Of a stretch of 64,000 nt of DNA, positions 50,441 through 63,660 are shown one piece after another. This DNA is from Callorhinchus milii. Lineage: Eukaryota. Made by a program: the position numbers and the translations under genes. The stretch spans positions 21,020,001 to 21,084,000 of the forward strand of contig NW_024704743.1 of NCBI RefSeq assembly GCF_018977255.1, written 5' to 3'. The number at the start of each line of letters is the position of its first letter. Position 1 is the stretch's first letter. The notes beneath the pieces were generated by a model, which had not been told where the DNA came from, ran no database searches, and saw nothing but the letters and a program-made list of their open reading frames with translations.

Positions 50441-53280
50441 AAACCATCGCATCCTGGACTCCACTGATTCCCTGCCTCAGCAAGCTACACTGAAGTGTGA
50501 TTAGAGTGTATAGTAGAGGATCTGGCACCAGAACAGGCTCAGTCAGCCAAATTGCCTGTTCCTATGCTGCAAGTTTCTATTTTTTTCTGATTTCATTGTA
50601 CAATAGCAAATTCAAAGAAGCATAATAACATGACATGATGCTTCATTAACACTTTTTCTTCGCTCTTGGATGATTTGCAGAGTTTAGTGAGCATGAAGGC
50701 AAATGTTGACTCCAGATTTCTAAATTCTAGTGATGTTAACCCACATTATTGTTAACCCGTACTCTACTGAATAAGACAGGGTTCCATAATTGCTACCAGT
50801 TATGGCATTTTCTGCTGTTACTATCTTGTTCTTATGTAATGCAGTGGTATCATATAAATGAGAAATGAGCAGTGCTGCTGGTTATGGCTGCTCTTCGACT
50901 TGAAACATTTTACTTCCTCTGGGTTATATTCCACTTTCCCTTCCAGTCAGAAATTGCTACATTGGCTAGATTTATGGCTTGTGTCTGCATCCAGTGAAGC
51001 AAAATGATCTCAATTTAGTGAAACTTCTTGATACCAGTAATTACCTCTTCTAGGCTGAATGAGAGGGATGCAAAATTTTTCTCTCTTAATCTTCCTGCAA
51101 TATGCCTGCAGGACTAATGCAAAACGCATAAACTTTTTTTTATTTTCTTTGTGGCCTATAGGGAGTAAAACATCATTACACTTCCATTTCATGCTGGCTT
51201 CAGTCTTTGCTCCACATGTTCCATATGAAAAAATGCAATTTGTACAGATATTAATAATTGTAGTTTTGCTGTTGATACGGTCGGGTTAAATGTTTTTGTA
51301 TTAATTTACTTGTTAAAAACAAATTAAATGGATTAAGGATTGTATAAATTAACAAATTATGTTACTCACTCTTGGATTAGTGTTCATATTTCAGTGTTTT
51401 TCTGCAATACTCTTTGTTTGTGACATAATACTCTGAGAAGCGTTAGCATTTGGACCGACAGTGCATGCCAAGTGCTCAGTTTCTGAGTAAACCTTGTTTC
51501 AATACAGAATATGTGGGCTGTTTTGCAAATGAAATTAATCATGAGGTTCACAAGCACCAGCATGAAATACTTTCCATTTGGTGACATGGACCCGTGTTTA
51601 CAGTGTGCAAGAGAAATTCCTATCAACATGTGTCATTTTGTTTTCAGGGGCCACATTTTCACAGAATCAAGGAAGTTGGGCAATATTGGAAATTGAACCT
51701 ACTTCAAATTGAATATCTCTACAAACATGTAGTACCTTACACCTTTAAATAATTGCAGTCATTAAAAAATGTCTGCTCCAAACTCTGCAAAGGTTGATTG
51801 GATATAGACATTACATTGTGGAACCATGTAATTTACCTTTATATTGCGTCTTGCATGTCATGAGGACGCCTCAAAGTGCTTCACACAGCTGGCTGTGCAT
51901 CTGAGCTGGAGGGAAGCACTATGCTGACAGGGCAACTGAGCTTCGGGCATGAGGGGCTGTTGGGGGGTGGAATGAGGAGCAAGCACTATGCCATATGTAC
52001 TGGAAGGCTATAGCTTTGAATCCCTCTCAATGCTGAGCTTGGTGATCTCAGCTTGGAGGTGAACATGGTGGGGAAAAAAATACCTCCTTTGTCTCTAGAT
52101 TGCTGGTTATCTGAAGAAAATAGCAATTAAATAGTTCCTGATGTTTTATTCAAATATTACTGGAATGCAAACAAAAAACTGTGACTTATAATTACTGTTA
52201 TACCGTCCACCTACATCTAGTTAAAGGAAATCAATGTAACCTGCAGACATCTCACTAATTTTTATTCCCTTCTGGTTCCAATTTGAGGTTAATTAAATGA
52301 CCAACCTATATGATTCATTAGTTCATTCACTGTTTGTAAAATGTCTTGACGCACTTCAGAATTTTATAGTGAAACCTAGGCATTACATAAAAATGCGGAA
52401 AAAAATCATGCTCAGAGGGAAGCACATTTTAGTCATGTCTGGCCCTTTATTGTAGCTTACATGCCTTAAATCCATAACTTGTTCACACATGATTGAAGAG
52501 GAGAGCAATGTTGGCAGAGACAATGTGTGAATTAACCATTACATGTAACATTAATATGTGGGCACAAGGAATTTATTTAAATTGCTAAATTTGGACGTGC
52601 TCTTCATATGTAATTGTGCCATTATGCAATACTATTCATCAGCTACATCACAAAGAAAGAAATGGATTTCTGTATCTTTATGCCATAGTAGCCTTTGAAA
52701 AATATAAGTCAGTCACTCTCTGTTCAATAGAATCGGTTCAGTGACCTTACTCGGAAATAGTGTTCACATGTATGCATGGGAAGGAATTAAGCATATAGAG
52801 GTTCAACCATAGGGAATGGAGGGGTATATGAGAAAGGAATAGGATAATTGGGGGCTTGTGTGATGTATAAACATTGGCACAGACTAGTTAATAATAATGA
52901 TAATGATAATAATCCTTACATTTGATATATAGCGCCTTTCACGTCAAGAAGGTACATCAAAGTAGAGTGACTGTGTTCTGTGGTCTGTTTCTGTATCATA
53001 TCTGTGTAATTATGTAATACACACCCATGTTTATAAAACCATTGACTTGTCTAGAACAATGGATTGAAAGTCTTAACCACAAAAAGTAAGATAATTAATG
53101 GCTGCCACTATATTCAAAAGCAGTAATTCAATTGAGCTTTTTTGCTGATGACACAACGACGAAAGCAAATAAACTCATTGGCGACTATTATCCTTCGATT
53201 GTGTGTGTAATGTAGTAGCATACTTTGTGTGGCATTTAATAATATACTAATGTCCCTCTTAGTACATTATTGGCCTTATA

Positions 53281-53653
53281 GTGGAGTCCTGTACCTTAGT
53301 GGTTAGAGCACTCACCTCGCAAGTGAGAGGACCAGGGTTTGATTCCCAGCAGGGAGAAACATTGGCCAAGTTTCCTTACTCCACACCCCTCTGTTTACCT
53401 AACAGTAAATAGGAACCTGTTTTTTAATTGATTGGCAGATCGCTTTTCCGTGGGTAATAATCCCTTCAAAAAAAATTAAAATAATAATATGATCACTCAA
53501 TCCACGACTGTTTGTGGGACAGTGCTGTATGCAATTGGTTGCCACATTTTGTCCACAAAATATACAGTCAAATCGCCAGTATACTTTGTGAAGCGCTTCA
53601 AAACGTCTAGAAGATGTTGTAAGACGCTAAATCAAAGGATTATTATTATTATT
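53281..53653 (+). mobile_element. Full-length tRNA-SINE, long variant
   Basis: gtggagtcctgtaccttagtggttagagca..ctctgtttacctaacagtaaatagg..ggattattattatt. Confidence 0.9.
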
Positions 53654-53911
53654 GACCTTATAAGTCATCGTTGGGTGACTAATCTATGACCATCTACCTT
53701 GGAAGTGCATTGGAATGAGTTGGAGTAGGTTCAGGCTTGGCAGATTGCGCTCAACTGTGGTGTCCATAAATGGCCTGACAATATTCATTGTCTTGGCTCC
53801 AACATGGAGAATGATGAAGCACTAGAGTGCAGCCAATACTATTTACACTGTATCCCCAGAACAATAAAATGCTGCTTTTCCCTTGGGAGTATTGTACTTT
53901 TCCTGCCACTT

Positions 53912-54770
53912 AATAATACTTGCATTTGATAAAACACATTATCAGGTCTTCGAGACGTCTCAAAGCGCTTCACAGAATATACTGTAAAGCGAATTGATTG
54001 TATATTTTGTGGGTGAAATGCATTCATGCATCAAACACAATGATGCCCCCTTTTTAAAAGCATCAGGATTCCAAATATTGTACAATATTGATTAAGTGTT
54101 GTGACAATATTTTAATTTATTTGTGATATTTATAACAATAATCCTTGCATTTGGTATAGCCCCTTTCACATCGGGAGTATGTTTCAAAGCGCTTCGCAGG
54201 ATTTACTGTGAAGTGGAGTGACTGTGTATTGTGGGCGAATGAGGCAACCCAATTCTGCACAGCAATGTCCCACAAACAATGATAAATGACTAATTTTATT
54301 TGGGGCAATTGTTGGCCAGGAAACTGGGAGAAAGTCCCTTATCTTATGAAATGGAGTCTAAATAATAATAATCCTTGCATTTGGTAGAGTGCTTTTCATA
54401 GGATATAATAATAATCCTTGCATTTGAGACATCTCAAAGCGCTTCACAGAATACAATGTAAAGCAAATTGACTGTACATTCTGTGGGTGAAACGCGGCAG
54501 CCAATTGTGCACAGCAGTGTCCCACCACCAGTCTTGGGTTGAGTGACCAATTTATTATTATTTTTTAAAATGGATTTTTACCCCCGGAAAGGCCGCCAAT
54601 CGACTAACAACCGGGTTCCTACAGACTGCTAGGTAAACAAATGCGTGTGGAGTAAGGAAACTTGCCCAATGTTTCGCCCTGCCGGGAATCAAACCAGGTC
54701 GTCTCATTTGCGAGGCGAGTGCTCTGCTGTAAAGTTTAGTGACTGTATATTTGTGGGTGAGTCTGCATAG
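53912..54770 (-). mobile_element. Cluster of nested/tandem SINE copies
   Basis: At least four aataa..cttgcatttg tails (~53912, 54137, 54362, 54407), plus a long-variant body and head to ~54725. Confidence 0.85.
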
Positions 54771-54819
54771 CAAAAGAAATACAAATTTAGTCTTTTTTTT
54801 GGTCAGCTGGGATTCTGCA

Positions 54820-55000
54820 GAAATCCATCACCAAGTTTAAGGGTATCCAAATGAGGCTGAGAGTGCCTCATGCTCATACCACCTAAACGTGGACATTTCC
54901 CTGGTCTGGAATGGAATTCACACTCTCTGCCTGGAGGGATGCTCCCTGCTACCTAATTCCAGAGAGTATTAGATGCAAATTGCCAAGGTTTAACGACCTC
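54820..55000. mobile_element. Unclassified repeat family terminal fragment
   Basis: ggaatggaattcacactctctgcctggagggatgctccctgctacctaattccagagagtattag, shared with 7925-7990. Confidence 0.6.
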
Positions 55001-56752
55001 AGAAGATATTTCAGATTTTGGTGTTTGCCCCCCTCCTTAATACGGGCCAAATGTAGAGACATGTTGTTGACCACTAAAAGCTGCTGACCCCAAATGATAC
55101 AAATTAAATTGGTGCTGAATGGGGGAGGAACCTGGGATCATTTTGATCTGAAGGATTATTGGGATTAGACTCAAGCATTTTTAAACTATGATGTTTGCAT
55201 TCCACTTTCCCAAAATACACAGTGACACTGTACTTCCGTTCCCACACTCCCCCTCCACCTCCACTGCAAATCAATTGTTTTGTCTTGAAAGCCGCTGGCT
55301 GTATCATGGGGTGCTGAAGTATTTATCATGCTTTTTAAAAAAGAAATCTATATATTTTTAAAAATGTAACAATTTAAAAAGACAACTTTACTTGATGCTT
55401 TTATGCAGGAAATGGTTGCTGAATACAGATTGTTGTTTAAAATATACACCAGCAAAGTAATGATGAACTTTTCTCTTTGCACCAAAATGTACAAGAAGAT
55501 TAACTCTGTGGTGTTTGTGTGTTGTTTTTACTGTGTTTAGAGCCTTGGTCTATATTGAAAGACAGAAATTGACTGCTGTAAGCCAGGTGCCACTTTGAGG
55601 ATATCCAGTAGGGCACTGTGATGACATTGGTTCTGGTTGGTCTTAGATGCAGTCCAGATTGTCTCTTTGAAGCTGCTCAGAAACTAGATCATTATAAACA
55701 GGCTGTCATTATTCCTGTATGCGTTCCCTCTTAATCAGCCATGTGTTTGCTGTGCCACTTTCTGTCTTATGATATTTTGAGAACTGAAGGAGCCTTTTTA
55801 AAAATACATGTCTTCATTTACATCTGGATACAAAAGCAGACAATGCAAAATAATTTTTGATAATTTGAATTTATATGTACAAATCGGTTACATTGAATTA
55901 CTATGCAGCATCTGATTAGTAGTAACCTTTTTATAATTTACCATTAAGACTTTTCTTATTTGCGTAATGCACGTCTGACACTGTAATTTATAAATGTTGT
56001 GGTGGTAGGAGCTGACTATTGAGGAAAACAGATACATAGTTATGGAAACTATTTTTCTTTCCCTGAGAAGATTGTCAGGTTTTTAAAAGTCCTGATTTAT
56101 TTATAAAAAAATCCAATTGTACTGGTTTTGATTAAAGCTCTTTGTGTAAAGCTAAAACAATTCAAATGTACAATACAACTATACCCGACAGCAGGTTTGT
56201 GTTGACAGAGGCAGGTATTTGATAATTACAGAGTAAATGTAGATCTGTCAAGTGTAAAATCTGTCCATGTTAAAAGTAACTTGTTGAATTTGTTAGTGAC
56301 AGCTGGATTGTCAGTGTAAATGGTGATCCATTGCCTTCTGACTTCACATCTGGTTTATTTTCCCTGTTACACCTGAGGAGGCGGGCGAAGGTGAAATTCC
56401 TGTTATGTTTTGGTGTTGCCCAGTGTCTAGTCTCTGCTTGCTGGAGGGTTTAATAATATCTGACAGAGCATCTGTTCCCAGTACGTGGTGAGACCCACCA
56501 ACAGAAGACCAGTCATCTGCTTTATCCCAAAGCATCCACATTCCACAGGTCTGATAAACTGTCTGTGAAATCGCACAGTGCCTTTTTGTTTCTACGAAGG
56601 CTGTAATACTGTTGTACAGCACTTCAGCTCAGCCGAACCATGTGCTCAACACTGCTCATTCACATCTAGCTGATGCCTGGAGGATTTTGTATGTGGAATT
56701 TGTGCACAGAATATATTGCGGGGAAAGGAGAAGCGCAAGGGGGAAAAAAAAC

Positions 56753-56963
56753 ATGTCCAAGCCATCGCGTCTGGTCAGACCTTCATCAGTCAGTTCAGCT
56801 TCTAAGCTCTCTACAGCGAGGAGAGAAGATTTCAGCCACAGATCAAAAACAATCAGCTTAGGTGAAAAGCTGCCGAGGACTGGAAGTGAGGGAACCCTGT
56901 CGAAATCACAGCAAGTGCAGCCCACAAATGTAACTGCACAGAGGAAAGGCTGTGCTCCTAAAG
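56753..56963 (+). CDS. Probable (alternative) first coding exon of an unidentified gene; 70-aa basic Ser/Arg-rich N-terminus MSKPSRLVRPSSVSSASKLSTARREDFSHRSKTISLGEKLPRTGSEGTLSKSQQVQPTNVTAQRKGCAPK
   Basis: ATG in aacATGt context (A at -3) within ORF 56612-57007. The peptide is protein-like and non-repeat with RxxS/T motifs. It ends at cctaaag|GTAGAA (phase 1), followed by an abrupt switch to AT-rich sequence. It lies in a ~2 kb block without recognisable repeats. Confidence 0.7.
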
Positions 56964-57254
56964 GTAGAATTACTATAATTTATCTGAACTTGTTGAAGTT
57001 TAAATAACAATTTTTTTTGTTAAAACAAGATGGAACTGTGGCCATCAAATATTTAATCACTTTTAGAATAACATGATGAAAATGCCCTGAAATAACAATA
57101 ATCCAACTGCATTGATATTGTTTGTTAATTTAATGGCAGTGAATTAATGCTGAAATGAGTTACAACACAGGAGAACTAGACAGAGGTAATGTTCTATTCC
57201 ATAAGACATCATGATGTTGAGCCTTTGTAATGACTTAGGTTGTCTTCTTGAATA

Positions 57255-57405
57255 ATACAACAACAAGATTATATTTGTATAGCGCCTTTCACATCGGGAG
57301 GACGTCCCAAGGCGCTGGACAGAGTACAGCATTTCAGATCCGAGCTGGGGATGGGGGGGTAAGGGAGGGGAGGGGAAGGGGGGTGGCCGATGGCATGGTC
57401 GAAGA
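57255..57405 (-). mobile_element. L2 3' terminus
   Basis: caacaacaagattatatttgtatagcgcctttcacatcgggaggacgtcccaaggcgct. Confidence 0.85.
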
Positions 57406-58915
57406 GGCTGTTGTAACATTGCAATGTATTGCAAGTGTGTAAAGCGTTGATTATAATTACTGAGAGGGATCGGCTGCCACTTTTAGTTTTCCTTTTGACA
57501 AAAATGATAATAATTACATACTAACTGGTGTTGTTTTGTTTCTTGGTATAAAGCTAATTACTTAACAATGCAATTTGAAACTTAAACTGCAGTGGATGCC
57601 ATCCCACCTAGCAAAGAGCTTTAGTTAGGTAACAACATATATATTATATTCTAGCACACCAATACCAAACAGCCCATCCCGCCTCATTTAGCAAAACCTT
57701 GTAGGCAACATCCTTCTGCGTTGACTATTATCAATATTGTGCCATTGTTACATTTCACTAAAAACAAGTATTGCAGCTTGATTGAACATCAAATTCTTAA
57801 TTGTTGGCTTCCCTGAAAAATTGTGTTCCCTTCACTGCAAGATGGTTTGACGCAAACATATGGCTGAAGAAGTAGAATTCTTTTTTACTTTTCACATTTT
57901 TTAATGAATGTCATTTGGAAACTTTCAGATATAATAATCCTTGCATTTGATATTTTCTATCTACAAAATGCACTATGCATAACGGTAAATCCTCTGAAGC
58001 TTTTTGAGACTTCACCCTGAAATGAAAGGCACTATATCAAATGGAAGGATTATTTCATTAAATTTATCTGTACAATGACATCTGTTGTACATAAGAGTGG
58101 TGTCTGACAAATAATCAATGAGTCTGGTTGCAAATCAAAATCACCAGTGTGCTTAGGGATATATAACTTTAACTTGCTTCCCCACAATAGTTGACTCGAA
58201 ATGTCTAATTTCTGCTTTAAGAATGGTTGAGACATTGCAGATACCCTCAGTTCGCTGTTGAAAATTGTTTTGCGCTTGGAAGCCTTGTGATTCCAAATGT
58301 TGTACTACTTTGAAGTAATTATAAAATTCTATCTATCAGTCCATTCAAAAATTATTTCTATGTGATATTAAGCGCTCTGGGACGCTACCCTGCATGAGAG
58401 GTACTATATAAATACAAGTTGTTGTTGTTGAGTGGAACAATAATAAAAATAAATAATCCTTGCATTTGATATAGTGCCTTTCATGTCAGGAGGATGTCTC
58501 AAAGAGCTTCACATAGTTTACCACAAAGTGTAGTGACTGTGCGTTTTGTAGGAGACCAATCTGAGTGTTATCAATAATTAAGGATTATTTTAAAGTAAAA
58601 AACTGTGCAATGAGCAGTGTATATTGAACAATGCCTGGAACAATTGGCGCATCTTAGTACAAAAACTCAGTAAAAATCCAATATGATTAAATAGTAAGAG
58701 TGTAATTATGAGTGCGCAGTCTTACAGTCTTATCTTTTAATCAAATGGTCTGTCTTCAATCGAACACCTGCCCATTCATTAGAACTTCAATAACATTCTG
58801 TAGAACTCCAGTGAAGTTACTAAGTATGGCATACCTTGGTAGAGGAGAGGAAGAGAGATCATTATCTTACAAGCAGGTAATAAATGGAACTAGTGGCAGA
58901 GCCTTTTGCAACAAA

Positions 58916-58951
58916 GTGTGTGTGTGTGTGTATGTGCATATGTGTGTGTGT
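58916..58951. repeat. Interrupted (TG)n microsatellite
   Basis: gtgtgtgtgtgtgtgtatgtgcatatgtgtgtgtgt. Confidence 0.85.
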
Positions 58952-60261
58952 TGGGGGTGGGGGGGTTTGAGATTAAAGATAAGGTGAGCAAATAAGAAAA
59001 TGCAATTAAAAAAGGAGAATCTAAGAATAATAGCTTTAGGCTGAGCAGTAACCCACCTGCCTGTTTTTCAAGAATCAGCTTTGATCTCAGTGGAGGAATA
59101 GCAAGAGGTAATGTTTCAATGTTAGAGGTTTACCTTGACAGTTCTAAATGTGTTGGAGTCATTTTTGTAAAAAAAAGCAAGTTTTCATTTCTCGCCGTTG
59201 AAGATAGCCTCAATTCTCTAATATATGTTGGAACTGTCATTCCTAATTTACACCATTTATTTCATTAAGTGTTACCCCCATGGCATCCCGTGTCTAATAC
59301 TGTCAAAGAAAGCAGGCTTGAGATAAGTGTTTTATTTATAAATGAAAACAGTACGATTTATGAAGCTAGTAGCTTCAAAGACAATGTGGGCTTTATACTC
59401 ACTCGCCATAGGGTTACAAGTTTGAGTCACTAGATGGAGCACTGCATAATAATGGTGAGAAGTCCCCACTTAACAGAGGTTACTGGCCTGTCAGCAAGTT
59501 CCGTATCACTAAACGGTAGTGATGGAGGCATCAATGGCTTTTAACTGAAGCATGAATGAGATTGGGACCCCCAAAGAGGAAGGACAAATAAATAATTACT
59601 TGTATAATAAAAAAACTCCTATTGAGAAATTATCCGAGGACTTCATAATTGAACCAGTACCCATAGAGAAGCAAAATTGCTGTTGGATCAAAATCCGATA
59701 ACTATTTGCTGTGAAGACTAAACCAATCACACAAACTGTACAGTATTTGGCTGGAGGTTTGCATTCAAAGCCGGGACCTAAGCTTCGTATCACATCGATA
59801 TTGAGCTGTATCCAATGGTAGTCTAACAATCCAGCACAATCTCACTCATTTCGGGGAAGAATAAATACAAATCAGTCTTTTTTGACACATCACTTCCTGT
59901 TTTATCTGACAAATCCCGTTTGGTTAACCAGGGCTATGATGCCAACTGGGAAAATAAAAAATGGCACCATTTAAATATGTGTTGGATTTACAAAAATCTT
60001 AAATGGTCTTCACAGGTGTTTAACTTTCCATTCTGACCATCCTGAATTAAAACAAATTCTTTAACTCCTCGAGTTTTAAATAATGGAGTTAATATCTTAG
60101 TTTTCAATGATTAAATCATTAGAATACATTTGTCTTGGTTCTCTCAAAATTAAGAACTTGCCACGAGTTTGCATTTATTTCCTGGCTACGCACAAACGGA
60201 TTTGATCAAGTGGCTCTTGTTTAAATGTTAACACTTTGTGACTCCCTATCAAATCATCCAG

Positions 60262-60625
60262 GCTCTTGAGTCCATGCTCCACTGACTCAAATGGAAGATT
60301 TATAAGAAAAGTCCCATGTCAGGACTTTGAGCTCAAAGTCTAGTGCAGTTGTTAGAGAAGCGCTGCATTGTCGGAGGTCCTTCAACTGCCTTGTTCAGCT
60401 GGACATTAAAGAGAAAACATTTTCTCAACCTGTTCTGGCCAATAAATCTCCACATAAAATGCTCATGCACTTCCTGGCTGTTTGTAGGACATTGCTGGGT
60501 GGTGAATGAATTGGCTGCAGCATTCACCTTCAAATACAGTCACGATCCATCACAGGCAATTTTGTGAAGTGCTTTGAGACTCTTGACATTACAGGAGCTA
60601 TATCAAATGCAAGGATTATTTATTT
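60262..60625 (+). mobile_element. DeuSINE
   Basis: gctgcattgtcggaggt, ggacattaaaga, ctggccaat, aattggctgc, tail atcaaatgcaaggattatt. Confidence 0.75.
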
Positions 60626-61008
60626 TATTTAAATGGATCTGTTTTGTCTTCAGAAACATTTGTACACTGTTCATTCTATCAGCAAAGAAAAGGATTACTT
60701 AAAAAAAATCGCATACGAATTACAAAAGTTAGGAATCTACAGAATAGTTTCCTACACTCTCTTTATGGCAGGCAGTACGAAAACTGAAAGTGTAAAAGTT
60801 CTTAAGAATTAAGATTCCAAGAACAAGAAGAACCTTGTGCAATTTTTCCTAAGTCGTAGCATAAAAGCCATGCAATGTGTTTCAATACAGTTTAATTTAT
60901 TGTGCTATTATTTTAAATAAATGACCCAAACTGTGCAGAAATCTTTTCATGAATGTCCCTTTAACCATTTCCATGAGTTTTAGCATAATTCATATTTCCC
61001 TTGCAAGT

Positions 61009-61293
61009 TGGAGTGCAGTAGCATAGTGGTTAGCATGTTCTCCTCACAAGCGAAAGGACCTGGATTTGATTCCCAGGCGGAGTGAAACCTTAGGTACGTT
61101 TCCTTACTGCACACGCTTCTGCTTCTGCTTACCAAGCAATAAATAGGAACCAGGTTGTTAGTCGATTGGTGGATTGCTTTTTGGGGGTAATAATCCCTCC
61201 AAAAAGAAATCCATTTTACAATATATTCTGTGAAGTGCTTTGAGATGTCTCAACAACATGATAAGGCGCTATATCAAATGAATGGATTATTAT
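61009..61293 (+). mobile_element. tRNA-SINE long variant (internal deletion)
   Basis: tggagtgcagtagcatagtggttagc..aataggaaccaggttgttagtcgattgg..ggattattat. Confidence 0.8.
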
Positions 61294-61681
61294 AAAAAGT
61301 TGAAACAAGAACTGCTATCAGCAAGTGAATGTAATTTGTTGCATTTTTTGTGAAAGCGTATTGCTATTCGTAGAACTATAAAATAAATAACAAGCACTGG
61401 ATGCCAAGATCCACCATGGCGAGTTTGTTTCCTCGAGGTTGAGGAAGGAAGCAGAAATCTAAACATTGCTTGAGGGTTCTGAGATACTACCCCACCTTAA
61501 GGGTGCAACGTAAATGTAAGAGATTTGGGTACCATTGTTTTTGGCCACTGGTCAATAAACGTTTCAAGTTGGCTGACCTGTGGAGCCCTTTCCATCAGCC
61601 AGCCAGGCAACTGAAAATAAAGTCACCAAAACAACTCTGATTGTGTGTGCCTAACCAGTGTTGTGGAGTATAACATAATTC

Positions 61682-62000
61682 TAATAATAATAATCCTTGC
61701 ATTTGATGTAGTGCCTTATCACTTCATTGAGACGTCTCACGCAATATAGTGTAAAGCGCTTCACACAATATAGTGTAAAGTGAATTGACTGTAAATTTTG
61801 TGGATGAACCACGGCAGCTCACAACAGTTTACCACAAACAATCATGGATTGAGTGTCCAAATTATTATTCATGTATTTTGAAAGTATTATTACCTCCAGA
61901 AGGCGATTTGCCAATCGACTAACAACTGGGTTTTTACTTGCTGCGAGGTAAACAGTGGCGTGCGGAGTAAGGAAACTAGCCTAAGGTTTCGGCCTGTCTG
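61682..62000 (-). mobile_element. tRNA-SINE long variant, head missing
   Basis: Tail (taa)n tccttgcatttg; ccaatcgactaacaactggg..ggtaaacag..gagtaaggaaact. Confidence 0.85.
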
Positions 62001-62452
62001 TGTATACAAAATAAACGTGATTCTGCGTATAAACATAACCAACCTCTGTTGCATTGGAAGGAGCAAGGGCATGGAAAGTCAGGCATAATTTTTGAAATAT
62101 TTGTTTATTTTTGTAGATTTAGGACATAGCACAGATAGGTTTGAAAATTGTTTAAATTAACACATTATTGAAAATGTTACCTTGTCGATAACTCTGCGTG
62201 TGTGATTCCACCACAACTCCGTCATGAGGGTGGGACCCAAATTGCACTTGCCAGGTCCTGGATTGCAACATTGGATGCGGTCATTATGGCTTTATTCAAC
62301 AACAAAATGACTGTAAGGCCTGTTGGTGGGCAAGTCCAAGGAATGCTGTGGCGTGTCTTCAGATTCAGGCCCAACCTTTATGACAGTTGGGGAGAGTGTG
62401 ATGCCTGGTGAGGGGTATTGATGCCTGTTTAACCAGCTAAAACCACATAGCT

Positions 62453-62677
62453 TAATAATAATCCTTGCATTTGATAAAGCGCTTTTCACGTCGGGAGGAC
62501 GTCCCAAAGCGCTTCACAGAATACACTGTAAAGTGAATTGACTGTATATTTGTAGGCGAACGCGGCAGCCAATTGCGCACAGCAATGTCCCACAAACAGT
62601 CGTAGATTGAAAATGACCAATTTATTATTGTTTTTTGGAGGGATTATTATTAGGCGTGTGGAGTAAGGAAACTTGCC
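62453..62677 (-). mobile_element. Young tRNA-SINE, short variant, 5'-truncated
   Basis: Nearly identical to 33075-33302. Confidence 0.92.
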
Positions 62678-63469
62678 AATATTCCCAGTGACTGATCTGC
62701 CTCTCCAAGTTCTATTCATTATCCAGGCTGTCTGGTCTATCATCAGCAGTGCCCTGGAGCACTGCAGACCTGCTTCACTCAGGAACCAGACCACTGAGAC
62801 CACCAAATTCTGACATTCTGTTGCCAAGCATGTCACTTTCGAGCCAGCTCAGCTCAAACGAGAACTGTTTACCTCCTTCCCCCTCTAAGATGGATTCATC
62901 TTATTCCAAGTTAGTGGTGGATAGAAACCTGCAGAGTATGCTGGTAACTGAAGGTTGTATTGATATACTGTATAGTTTAGGCTCACCAAATAGCTGAGGT
63001 AATGTACTTTTGAAATGATTGTATCACTACCACTAAGACTTGCTGACTTAGCAATACATCAGTGTATTGCTAAGTCAGACAAGTCTCTGCACACAAGAGC
63101 ACTGTGCAGAGCATGTGATTTCCTAGCCTCCTTTGGAGTAATTTGGTACTTTGTCACAATCATGAGATTACACATTCTCAGTTATAATGGAGAAGAAAAT
63201 GAAAAGTACTATATTTATTTCAAATCTTGTTCAAGGGTAGAGAAGAAATTACCTCAAGTTATTTTTAAACCGACACACTACTAATGTCTACAATGATAAT
63301 GGGACTGTAATGTTGCATCTTTTTAAATCTAGTATCCTATAATTAGACAATCGTTCAGCCATACACAGCAGAGCATCTGTAGAGTTGGGAGTTTGGGTTG
63401 ACAACAGTTGCTCAGCGACTATCCCAATATGATTCGGTTTAATGTGGCTTAATGGGGTGAATGGGAAAG

Positions 63470-63660
63470 ACCTCGCTCACCAAAAACAACCTCTGACCTT
63501 GGCTTCATAGTTCCTGACAACTGATGCCACTCTCTGGATCTTTCTTCTGAAATCCCTCTGTCTCTCCCTCTCTGCCTTCAAACACCATCTAAAGACCTAA
63601 TTCTTTGACTATGGTTTTGGTCACCTGCTCTCCTCCCACCCTTGGCTCTCTCCCAGCTCA
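63470..63660 (+). mobile_element. L2 3' fragment
   Basis: ctctctgga..tctgccttcaaacaccatctaaagacc..ctttgactatggttttggtcac. Confidence 0.6.

Noticed and set aside
56612..56752. Upstream in-frame extension of the candidate exon ORF
   Set aside because: It starts at a TTG and is not protein-like; more likely 5'UTR.
59596..59829. 77-aa ORF in CpG-retaining non-repeat DNA
   Set aside because: No recognisable motif or convincing splice sites in any frame I checked.
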